DNA from: Escherichia coli
Lineage (GTDB): Bacteria > Pseudomonadota > Gammaproteobacteria > Enterobacterales > Enterobacteriaceae
Assembly (NCBI RefSeq): GCF_016026235.1
Contig: NZ_CP065613.1
DNA: 64,000 nucleotides
Strand: one strand, 5' to 3'
Below are positions 9,761 to 21,665 of this stretch, piece after piece. The notes beneath the pieces are model-generated. The model was not told where the DNA came from. It ran no database searches and saw only the letters and a program-made list of their open reading frames with translations. The first letter of the stretch is position 1. Each line of letters begins with the position of its first letter. The position numbers and the translations under genes were made by a program.

Positions 9761-11023
9761 ATGCCACATTCACTGTTCAGCACCGATACCGATCTCACCG
9801 CCGAAAATCTGCTGCGTTTGCCCGCTGAATTTGGCTGCCCGGTGTGGGTCTACGATGCGCAAATTATTCGTCGGCAGATTGCAGCGCTGAAACAGTTTGA
9901 TGTGGTGCGCTTTGCACAGAAAGCCTGTTCCAATATTCATATTTTGCGATTAATGCGTGAGCAGGGCGTGAAAGTGGATTCCGTCTCGTTAGGCGAAATA
10001 GAGCGTGCGTTGGCGGCGGGTTACAATCCGCAAACGCACCCCGATGATATTGTTTTTACGGCAGATGTTATCGATCAGGCGACGCTTGAACGCGTCAGTG
10101 AATTGCAAATTCCGGTGAATGCGGGTTCTGTTGATATGCTCGACCAACTGGGCCAGGTTTCGCCAGGGCATCGGGTATGGCTGCGCGTTAACCCGGGGTT
10201 TGGTCACGGACATAGCCAAAAAACCAATACCGGTGGCGAAAACAGCAAGCACGGTATCTGGTACACCGATCTGCCCGCCGCACTGGACGTGATACAACGT
10301 CATCATCTGCAGCTGGTCGGCATTCACATGCACATTGGTTCTGGCGTTGATTATGCCCATCTGGAACAGGTGTGTGGTGCTATGGTGCGTCAGGTCATCG
10401 AATTCGGTCAGGATTTACAGGCTATTTCTGCGGGCGGTGGGCTTTCTGTTCCTTATCAACAGGGTGAAGAGGCGGTTGATACCGAACATTATTATGGTCT
10501 GTGGAATGCCGCGCGTGAGCAAATCGCCCGCCATTTGGGCCACCCTGTGAAACTGGAAATTGAACCGGGTCGCTTCCTGGTAGCGCAGTCTGGCGTATTA
10601 ATTACTCAGGTGCGGAGCGTCAAACAAATGGGGAGCCGCCACTTTGTGCTGGTTGATGCCGGGTTCAACGATCTGATGCGCCCGGCAATGTACGGTAGTT
10701 ACCACCATATCAGTGCCCTGGCAGCTGATGGTCGTTCTCTGGAACACGCGCCAACGGTGGAAACCGTCGTCGCCGGACCGTTATGTGAATCGGGCGATGT
10801 CTTTACCCAGCAGGAAGGGGGAAATGTTGAAACCCGCGCCTTGCCGGAAGTGAAGGCAGGTGATTATCTGGTACTGCATGATACAGGGGCATATGGCGCA
10901 TCAATGTCATCCAACTACAACAGCCGTCCGCTGTTACCAGAAGTTCTGTTTGATAATGGTCAGGCGCGGTTGATTCGCCGTCGCCAGACCATCGAAGAAT
11001 TACTGGCGCTGGAATTGCTTTAA
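9761..11023 (+). CDS. lysA: Diaminopimelate decarboxylase
   Basis: 420-aa ORF, PLP-dependent decarboxylase fold; divergent from lysR. Confidence 0.95.
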   Translation: MPHSLFSTDTDLTAENLLRLPAEFGCPVWVYDAQIIRRQIAALKQFDVVRFAQKACSNIHILRLMREQGVKVDSVSLGEIERALAAGYNPQTHPDDIVFTADVIDQATLERVSELQIPVNAGSVDMLDQLGQVSPGHRVWLRVNPGFGHGHSQKTNTGGENSKHGIWYTDLPAALDVIQRHHLQLVGIHMHIGSGVDYAHLEQVCGAMVRQVIEFGQDLQAISAGGGLSVPYQQGEEAVDTEHYYGLWNAAREQIARHLGHPVKLEIEPGRFLVAQSGVLITQVRSVKQMGSRHFVLVDAGFNDLMRPAMYGSYHHISALAADGRSLEHAPTVETVVAGPLCESGDVFTQQEGGNVETRALPEVKAGDYLVLHDTGAYGASMSSNYNSRPLLPEVLFDNGQARLIRRRQTIEELLALELL

Positions 11024-11029
11024 CTGCGG

Positions 11030-12061
11030 TTAGTCGCTGGTTGCATGATGACTTGCCTCCAGCGACGGAGTTGACACTGAATGACGACGTACCAGCGTCG
11101 GACTAAAGACATTAGTGATTTCCGGGAGAGGGCGATTATCCGCCAGCGCCAAAGCCAGTTCGGCAGCCTGGGTCGCCATCGTCACGATTGGGTAACGCAC
11201 GGTGGTCAGGCGCGGACGCACATAGCGTGACACCAGCACATCATCAAAGCCAATTAACGAAATCTCACCCGGTACATCAATACCATTATCATTGAGAACG
11301 CCCATCGCACCCGCCGCCATTGAATCGTTATAACAGGCTACCGCAGTGAAATTTCTTCCTCGTCCCAAAAGCTCGGTCATTGCCTGTTCGCCGCCGCTTT
11401 CGTCTGGTTCGCCAAATGTCACCAGCCGGTCATTGGCCGCAATACCACTTTCAGCAAGGGCATCGTAATACCCTTGCAGACGATCTTCGGCGTCAGAAAT
11501 AGAGTGGTTAGAGCACAGATAACCAATGCGGGTATGACCTTGCTGAATTAAATGACGCGTTGCCAGCCAGGCACCGTAACGATCGTCAAGAGCAATACAA
11601 CGGTTTTCAAAGCCAGGCAGGATACGGTTGATCAGCACCATACCGGGCATTTGTTTCATTAATGAGGCTAAATCGGCATCCGGGATCATTTTGGCATGGA
11701 CGACCAACGCAGCACAGCGATGGCGGATCAGTTGCTCAATAGCCTGACGCTCTTTTTGTTCGTTGTGGTAACCGTTGCCAATCAATAAGAAATTACCGGT
11801 GTGATAAGCCACCTGTTCGACCGCTTTCACCATTGCACCGAAAAACGGATCGGAAACATCACCAACGATCAGACCGACCGTTTCAGTGGTCTGCTGCGCC
11901 AGCGCACGGGCGTTGGCGTTCGGGTGATAGCTAAGAGACTCCATTGCACTATGCACAGCCAGCCGGGAAGCTTCGCTGGCTTTGGGTGAATTATTAATGA
12001 CGCGGGAAACGGTGGCGACTGAAACGCCTGCCAGTCGGGCTACATCCTTTATGGTCGCCAT
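11030..12061 (-). CDS. galR: Galactose operon repressor (LacI/GalR family)
   Basis: 343-aa ORF with N-terminal HTH MATIKDVARLAGVSVATVSRVINN. Confidence 0.95.
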   Translation of the reverse strand: MATIKDVARLAGVSVATVSRVINNSPKASEASRLAVHSAMESLSYHPNANARALAQQTTETVGLIVGDVSDPFFGAMVKAVEQVAYHTGNFLLIGNGYHNEQKERQAIEQLIRHRCAALVVHAKMIPDADLASLMKQMPGMVLINRILPGFENRCIALDDRYGAWLATRHLIQQGHTRIGYLCSNHSISDAEDRLQGYYDALAESGIAANDRLVTFGEPDESGGEQAMTELLGRGRNFTAVACYNDSMAAGAMGVLNDNGIDVPGEISLIGFDDVLVSRYVRPRLTTVRYPIVTMATQAAELALALADNRPLPEITNVFSPTLVRRHSVSTPSLEASHHATSD

Positions 12062-12274
12062 GAAAATACCTTAGTGGGTAAACGCTTACATTCTTTCAGT
12101 GTTACGGAAAACGCCCGTTGGTTCAAGGGGTGGCGTGTTTTCATCGTGGGAATGTGAGCCAAACGCAAATAAGTAAGACAAAAAAAGAGATTGCAAACCT
12201 TTGGTTACACTTTGCGAAACGCTGTTGCGATTGACCGCTGGTGGCGTTTGGCTTCAGGTTGCTAAAGTGGTGAT

Positions 12275-12357
12275 CCCAGAGGTATTGATAGGTGAAGTCA
12301 ACTTCGGGTTGAGCACATGAATTACACCAGCCTGCGCAGATGCGCAGGTTTTTTTTT
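12275..12357 (+). ncRNA. omrB: OmrB small RNA (RygB)
   Basis: Begins CCCAGAGGTATTGATAGGTGA and ends in the hairpin CCTGCGCAGATGCGCAGG plus a 9-T run; lies between galR and aas; matches the OmrB sequence as I recall it. Confidence 0.85.
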
Positions 12358-12471
12358 GCCGGTCATCAATCTGTAACAGTAACCGACAATTTACACACCT
12401 CGTTGCATTTCCCTTCATTCCTTTGCGTTTTCTCGCTGGCGAAGAGTCGTCGTGCAGACCACAATCAAGAT

Positions 12472-12559
12472 CCCAGAGGTATTGATTGGTGAGATTATTC
12501 GGTACGCTCTTCGTACCCTGTCTCTTGCACCAACCTGCGCGGATGCGCAGGTTTTTTTT
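12472..12559 (+). ncRNA. omrA: OmrA small RNA (RygA)
   Basis: Begins CCCAGAGGTATTGATTGGTGAGATT and ends in CCTGCGCGGATGCGCAGG plus an 8-T run; shares 5' and 3' ends with OmrB, about 200 bp downstream. Confidence 0.85.
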
Positions 12560-12625
12560 CGCACCTAATTTACTGTCGCTCGCGTTCTTTATCTCGTGTA
12601 ATCTCCCTCCATTCGCTTTTACTGA

Positions 12626-15992
<3,367 letters not shown>

Positions 15993-15997
15993 TATTT

Positions 15998-16019
15998 AAC
16001 GCCGGTTTGAACCGGCGTT
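15998..16019. terminator. Hairpin between convergent lplT and tas, possibly bidirectional
   Basis: Perfect inverted repeat AACGCCGGTTTGAACCGGCGTT between the two stop codons. Confidence 0.5.
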
Positions 16020-16023
16020 AATC

Positions 16024-17064
16024 TTATGGTGCAGGATAAGTATAAACCTGATGCACCGCTTCAATTTCAGCTAAAACTTCTTCGCTCAACTCCAGATGCA
16101 AACTTTCGACGTTAGTTTTCAGCTGCTCCATCGTGGTTGCGCCCAGCAGAGTGCTGGCAACAAACGGTTGACGGCGTACAAAAGCGAGCGCCAGCTGAGC
16201 AGGATCCAGCCCATGACGTCTGGCAATATCAACATACGCCGCGACGGCTTTTTGCGTTTGCTCACCGCTATAGCGGGTGAACCGACTAAAGAGCGTATTA
16301 CGTGCGCCAGCGGGTTTTGCACCGTTGAGATATTTCCCGGTCAGCGTGCCGAAACCCAGGCACGAATAGGCCAGCAGTTCGACCCCTTCATACTGGCTGA
16401 CTTCTGCCAGACCTACTTCAAAACTGCGGTTTAACAGACTGTAAGGGTTCTGAATGGTGACAATACGCGGCAGATCGTGTTTGTCCGCCAGATGCAGGTA
16501 GCGCATTACGCCAAATGCAGTTTCGTTCGACACGCCGATATAACGAATTTTTCCCGCTCGTTGGTACTCTGCCAGTGCGTCCAGCGTATCCAGCAGCGAA
16601 ACCGCAGGCGCAGAATCTGTCCAGCTATAACCGAGTTTGCCGAAGCAGTTGGTTGGGCGCTGCGGCCAGTGCACCTGATAAAGATCGAGGTAATCAGTCT
16701 GCAGACGCTTGAGGCTGTCATGCAACGCTTCGCGGATATTCTTCCGATCCAGCGCCTGATCCGGGCGGATGCCCTTGTCATTATTGCGCGACGGTCCGCT
16801 CACTTTGGAGGCGATAATTAACTTTTCGCGGCTGCCATGTTTCGCCAGCCAGTTGCCGACGTAGGTTTCGGTTAACCCTTGCGTTTCGGGGCGCGGAGGT
16901 ACTGGGTACATTTCGGCAACGTCGATAAGGTTAATGCCCTGAGCGACGGCATAGTCGAGTTGTGCGTGGGCGTCGGCTTCGCTGTTCTGTTCACCAAACG
17001 TCATCGTGCCAAGCCCCAGCGTGCTGACTTCCAGCGAACTGTGGGGTATACGGTGATATTGCAT
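16024..17064 (-). CDS. tas: NADP(H)-dependent aldo-keto reductase Tas
   Basis: The ATG at 17062-17064 gives the 346-aa protein MQYHRIPHSSLEVSTLGLGTMTFGEQ...; the 103-codon upstream extension in the ORF track is low-complexity and rejected. Confidence 0.9.
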   Translation of the reverse strand: MQYHRIPHSSLEVSTLGLGTMTFGEQNSEADAHAQLDYAVAQGINLIDVAEMYPVPPRPETQGLTETYVGNWLAKHGSREKLIIASKVSGPSRNNDKGIRPDQALDRKNIREALHDSLKRLQTDYLDLYQVHWPQRPTNCFGKLGYSWTDSAPAVSLLDTLDALAEYQRAGKIRYIGVSNETAFGVMRYLHLADKHDLPRIVTIQNPYSLLNRSFEVGLAEVSQYEGVELLAYSCLGFGTLTGKYLNGAKPAGARNTLFSRFTRYSGEQTQKAVAAYVDIARRHGLDPAQLALAFVRRQPFVASTLLGATTMEQLKTNVESLHLELSEEVLAEIEAVHQVYTYPAP

Positions 17065-17148
17065 AGCCGTTTCCTTTTTATAATCACGACATAAGGAATA
17101 TAAAAATGGCAGAGGGAAGGGAAAAGGGAAAGAGAAAAATCTTAAGGC

Positions 17149-17161
17149 CAGCCGGATGCTG
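17149..17161. repeat. IS4 target-site duplication, left copy (CAGCCGGATGCTG)
   Basis: 13-bp sequence identical to 18588-18600, immediately flanking the IS4 end. Confidence 0.85.
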
Positions 17162-18587
17162 TAATGCCAGTCAGTTAAGCAACTGACTGGCTCTTTTTCG
17201 GGGCTGTGGGGTATTTCCAGGGCCTCTCCTTTACCACTCTCGGGAAGGCCCTTCCCCTTCTCGTCGGTAATTTCACAAGTTGTCCCATACTTGCAAGATC
17301 GCGCATCAGCTCCGGTATACGTCCCGGTGAAGCGCCCTGCAATGTCATCAGCATTCTCATCACCATTCCGCATGATTCTGAGAAACTCAGTTGATTCGGC
17401 CAGTAACCTTTCAGATGTTCCGCCATTTTAATCATCTGATATCTCACCAGATTATAAGCCAGTAAGACACCCCACAGCTCTTGCTCCACAAGCTCCGGCT
17501 TTTTACTTCTCAGCGTCAGCCTGCTCAGTTGCATCGTCTGTTTTATCTCCCTGTATCCCAGTTCGATTTCCCAGCGATGACTGTACAGATCCGCCATTTC
17601 TCCTCCGGGGAAGCGCATGGCGTCCGTCATCGACGTCAGCAGATGGCAGACTTTTCCTTTGCGCGTCACGGTCAGCAGGCGGGCTGTCACTTCATTTCCC
17701 AGTCCCGGCCACTTTTTTCGTGCCTGCGGGCTGGTTTTCAGCTTCACCAGATGATCGCCTTTACCCAGTTTTCTGAGCTCTTCATATTGCGCTCCCTTTC
17801 TGAGAGGTATCATCCAGTGGCGGTGTTCTCCCGCCAGGCTCCAGGCATTTAACAGTCCCAGTGAGTAATAACCTTTATCCATTAACGTCAGAGTGTTATC
17901 GCCGGTTTGTTCTATAAGTTGCTCAGCAAGCTCATTTTCGCTGTTCTTCATCGTGCCGAAGGCTGCAGCCGTCAGCAGATGGCTGGTCAGTTCCATCTGG
18001 CAGACCATTTTGACCTGCGGGTAGAGCGCCGGGTTCCCGGCATGTGTCTGGCGGGGGAAGGCTGCATCGTTCTCTGGTGTATCCGGTGTGCGCCAGAACA
18101 CACCATCGATGGCCAGCAGGGTCAGGCCGCACCAGTGCGGATGCGGCGTGGCGTTATGCCAGAGCTGCGCTGTTTTCGTGAACACGCGGCGGACAGCCTC
18201 ACTTCCCAGGCGCTGGCGGGCCTGAATAACGGCACTGGGGGCAACGAAGGGGCGATTGCCCGGCAGCATGATGTCCAGGCGATTCACAATCTGGTGAAGA
18301 GGTTCTTTACGCTCAAGCGCCATGCCAACAATACACCAGACCATCATTTCGAGGGGAAGACGGCGCTTGCGTAGCGTTACAGTACCTGATTCGGCAAGGC
18401 AACGAGAGATGAGTTCGGGGTCGAGGTAATCCCCCAGAGAAGTCAGTGGGTTACGCAGAGAATCGTAACGGGATACCAGATCAAGAGCCTGTCCAATGTG
18501 CATAAAAAAATCCGGAAACAAGTGAGCGTTTCCGGATTCTTACACAGCCACTGGATCGGTCAACTGATCCTTAACTGATCGGCATTA
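17162..18587 (-). mobile_element. IS4 insertion sequence (1426 bp)
   Basis: Terminal inverted repeats TAATGCCAGTCAGTTAAG... (17162-) and ...CTTAACTGATCGGCATTA (-18587); 1426-bp length; one long transposase ORF; flanked by a 13-bp direct repeat. Confidence 0.9.
17175..18503 (-). CDS. insG: IS4 transposase (DDE family)
   Basis: ORF 17175-18521; likely start [18 protein letters not shown]... at 18503 (442 aa). Confidence 0.9.
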   Translation of the reverse strand: MHIGQALDLVSRYDSLRNPLTSLGDYLDPELISRCLAESGTVTLRKRRLPLEMMVWCIVGMALERKEPLHQIVNRLDIMLPGNRPFVAPSAVIQARQRLGSEAVRRVFTKTAQLWHNATPHPHWCGLTLLAIDGVFWRTPDTPENDAAFPRQTHAGNPALYPQVKMVCQMELTSHLLTAAAFGTMKNSENELAEQLIEQTGDNTLTLMDKGYYSLGLLNAWSLAGEHRHWMIPLRKGAQYEELRKLGKGDHLVKLKTSPQARKKWPGLGNEVTARLLTVTRKGKVCHLLTSMTDAMRFPGGEMADLYSHRWEIELGYREIKQTMQLSRLTLRSKKPELVEQELWGVLLAYNLVRYQMIKMAEHLKGYWPNQLSFSESCGMVMRMLMTLQGASPGRIPELMRDLASMGQLVKLPTRRGRAFPRVVKERPWKYPTAPKKSQSVA

Positions 18588-18600
18588 CAGCCGGATGCTG
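18588..18600. repeat. IS4 target-site duplication, right copy (CAGCCGGATGCTG)
   Basis: Identical to 17149-17161. Confidence 0.85.
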
Positions 18601-18610
18601 ACCTTATTTG

Positions 18611-18829
18611 TTAACGTTCAATAATTTGCGAAACATCATCACGGTTAATTTGCATCGCGTTACCTTGCTGATCGTGATAACTCACCAGCCCGGTATCATC
18701 ATCAATTTCAGGTTTTCCATCGGTCAAAATCATACGGCCATCTTTGGTCGCCATGACGTAATCACTGGAACACCCGGAAACAGCAAACGCCAGTCCGACT
18801 GCAGAAATTATTACTGCCCATTTTTTCAT
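18611..18829 (-). CDS. ygdR: Small DUF903-type lipoprotein YgdR
   Basis: 72-aa ORF with signal peptide and lipobox (AVSGCSS); paralogous to ygdI at 46954-47184. Confidence 0.9.
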
Positions 18830-18966
18830 CCGGTTATCCTCATTTGGCCCACCTATGATAATAGTCTGTTTATAAACTGACGTTATATATCTTGAAAGCA
18901 GGAAAATCTTAAACTGTGAGGGTAACAGGAGTGAGTACGCCCTCCCGCAGGAGAGCGTACGGAGTA

Positions 18967-19680
18967 TCAGAGCGGGTTCTTTTTGTTGCGAATCAGGTTG
19001 AGGCTTTCAACCGCAATAGAGAAGAACATCGCGAAGTAGATGTAACCTTTCGGTACGTGGATGTCGAAACTTTCCAGAATCAGGGTAAAGCCCACCAGAA
19101 TCAGGAAAGAGAGCGCCAGCATTTTTACCGAAGGATGGCGTTCGACAAAATCACCAATCGAGCGCGCGGCGAACATCATCACGCCTACGGCAATCACCAC
19201 GGCTGCCATCATAATAAACAGGTGATCTGACAGACCCACAGCGGTAATCACCGAGTCGAGGCTGAAGATAATATCCAGTAGCATAATCTGCACGATAGCG
19301 CCGAGGAATGATGAAACGCGTGTTTTCAGCCCTTCTTCTTCACCTTCAATGGATTCGTGGATTTCCTTGCTGGCTTTCCAGATAAGGAACAAGCCACCCA
19401 GAAGCAGAATCAAATCACGGGCAGAAATTTCCTGACTGAATATTGTAAAAAGCGGATTTGTCAGGCGCGTAACCCAGGCGATTGATGCCAGCAGCGCCAG
19501 ACGCATAACCATGGCTCCCGCCAACCCCAGACGGCGCGCATGAGCACGTTGTGCTGTGGGAAGCTTTGCCACCACCAGAGAAAGGAAAATAATATTGTCG
19601 ATCCCAAGAACGATCTCCAGCAGCGTCAGCGTACCGAGCGCAAGCCAGGCGTTAGGATCGGTTATCCATGCAAATAACAT
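18967..19680 (-). CDS. ygdQ: TerC/UPF0053-family inner membrane protein YgdQ
   Basis: 237-aa polytopic membrane ORF. Confidence 0.9.
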
Positions 19681-19748
19681 CTAAAAAGCCCTGCCAAAAA
19701 AATGAAGCGGTAATTATATGCCCGGAAAGCGGCAGGTCAAAGCGATGG

Positions 19749-20438
19749 CTACTGGATCAGAAAATGACGGGCCAGCAGCGCACTGGTGAAATTTTTCTTC
19801 AAATAAAAGCCGCGCGGCAGCGTCAGAATCCGTTCGCCCCGGGCACCAATGGCTTCGGTAAGCGCTTTCGCATTCGCTGCTTTCGGTCGTATCTGTAAAT
19901 ACTCCCCGTGACGAGCGGTAATCCGCTCAACCTGACCGAGAACAATCATATCCATTAATTCTTCCCAGTCTTCGCGTAGCTGCCGGTCTTCCTCTTCATT
20001 CGGGCTCCACAGCAACGGTGATCCTACGCGACGCTGCGCCAGCGGGATGCTGCGCTCGCCTTCAACCGGTATCCACAGTACGCGTTTGAGTTTGTGGCGC
20101 ACGTGGCTGGTTTCCCAGGTCACCCCGCTATTGCCCGTTAACGGGGCAACACAAACGAATGTTGTTTCCAGCGGACGACCAAGACTATCCACAGGGATAG
20201 TTTTAAGTTCCACGCCCAGAGCAGCAAAATCTTGCTCAGGTTTACTCCCTGCGCTGGCACCTAGCCAGATCTCCAGTAACACGCCAATCCAGCCCTTATC
20301 GCGTTTTAAATTCTCTGGCGTAACCAGCCCGGCAAGTGCCGCCAGTTCTCCCAATGTATAACCAGAAAGTTGCTGTGCTTGCGCTAACAACTGTTCTTCA
20401 GTTTCGGGAGGAGAGAGCAGTGGGCGAGGTTGGGACAT
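19749..20438 (-). CDS. mutH: Methyl-directed mismatch repair endonuclease MutH
   Basis: 229-aa [36 protein letters not shown]... Confidence 0.95.
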
Positions 20439-20616
20439 GTCATGATACCTTGGTTAAAAAACAAACAGCAATTATGTGCCGAATATTCGCAGTGTAACTT
20501 TTTCCACATGCGTTGTTCAATTCTCTGATTTATATTGCTTTTTAGGTTACCGGTAATCGAGTTGCGCAACACTGCAACGGGTTTTCCAAATCTGGTCACT
20601 GAAAATAAACAGGATC

Positions 20617-20763
20617 TTACACCATGTTATCCACAGAAAGCTGGGATAACTGTGAAAAACCTCCACTACTGTTTCCATTTACAGCCTTGACGTGCGACGA
20701 AACTCCAGTTTTTAGTGGTTCAGTGCTTAACTTAGTGGCACATTCTGTGGATAAATACGGCAT
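20617..20763 (-). CDS. Possible small ORF (48 aa) inside the mutH-rppH intergenic region, possibly ygdT
   Basis: Internal Met of ORF 20617-20811 gives MPYLSTECATKLSTEPLKTG...; no convincing Shine-Dalgarno and it overlaps the DnaA-box cluster, so coding status is doubtful. Confidence 0.25.
   Translation of the reverse strand: MPYLSTECATKLSTEPLKTGVSSHVKAVNGNSSGGFSQLSQLSVDNMV
20627..20754. promoter_or_regulatory. DnaA-box cluster consistent with the DARS2 core
   Basis: TTATCCACA (20627-20635), inverted CTGGGATAA = TTATCCCAG (20641-20649, 5-bp spacer) and inverted TGTGGATAA (20746-20754); a further CTATCCACA at 20943-20951. Sits in the 684-bp mutH-rppH divergent intergenic region, where DARS2 has been described. 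Confidence 0.55.
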
Positions 20764-21122
20764 TGGTTGATCTTTCGCCAACCCGTAAATGAGAGGTGTG
20801 ACCTGGGTCACGAATTACTCTTTTTCATTACTCAAATTACATGTAATGCATTGACTAATAATGAATATTTTAAAATGTCTATATCGGGATTATTCAGAAT
20901 GCTCCGGGTTTTCCCGTAGTAATTCCGTAGTTCTTCACAACTCTATCCACAGAAAAGGTGAATAAAAACGGCTATCCACCCCTTCCTCTGTTTATAACTC
21001 TGCACATAACTGTGAGTTATTCAATTGTTATTAGTGTGTAATGCCCTGCAGAGAGTGGTTTACCGTCTTCCTGGAGTATGAAACAATCATTCGTATATAA
21101 AGCTTTATATTGAGGTAGTCCG

Positions 21123-21653
21123 GTGATTGATGACGATGGCTACCGCCCAAACGTAGGTATCGTGATTTGTAATCGCCAGGGGCAGGTAATGTGGGCCCGG
21201 CGATTTGGTCAGCACTCCTGGCAATTTCCGCAAGGCGGAATTAACCCCGGAGAATCCGCAGAGCAGGCGATGTACCGTGAATTGTTTGAAGAAGTAGGAT
21301 TAAGCCGCAAAGACGTTCGAATCCTTGCTTCAACGCGTAACTGGTTGCGCTACAAATTACCGAAACGTTTGGTGCGTTGGGACACGAAGCCGGTTTGTAT
21401 CGGCCAAAAACAAAAATGGTTTCTCTTGCAGCTGGTGAGCGGCGATGCAGAAATCAATATGCAAACCAGCAGTACACCAGAGTTTGACGGCTGGCGATGG
21501 GTAAGTTACTGGTATCCGGTCAGACAGGTGGTGTCATTTAAACGTGATGTCTACCGTAGGGTAATGAAAGAGTTCGCGAGTGTGGTGATGTCACTGCAGG
21601 AAAATACGCCAAAACCACAAAACGCATCTGCTTATCGACGTAAAAGAGGTTAA
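21123..21653 (+). CDS. rppH: RNA pyrophosphohydrolase (Nudix)
   Basis: 176-aa ORF, GTG start, Nudix box [23 protein letters not shown]. Confidence 0.95.
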
Positions 21654-21665
21654 GTCACGCCAATT

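Noticed and set aside
17065-17373. 103-codon N-terminal extension of tas in the ORF track
   Set aside because: The extension is low-complexity (FPFPFPLPF...), crosses the IS4 boundary and would begin inside IS4; the ATG at 17064 gives the expected aldo-keto reductase N-terminus.
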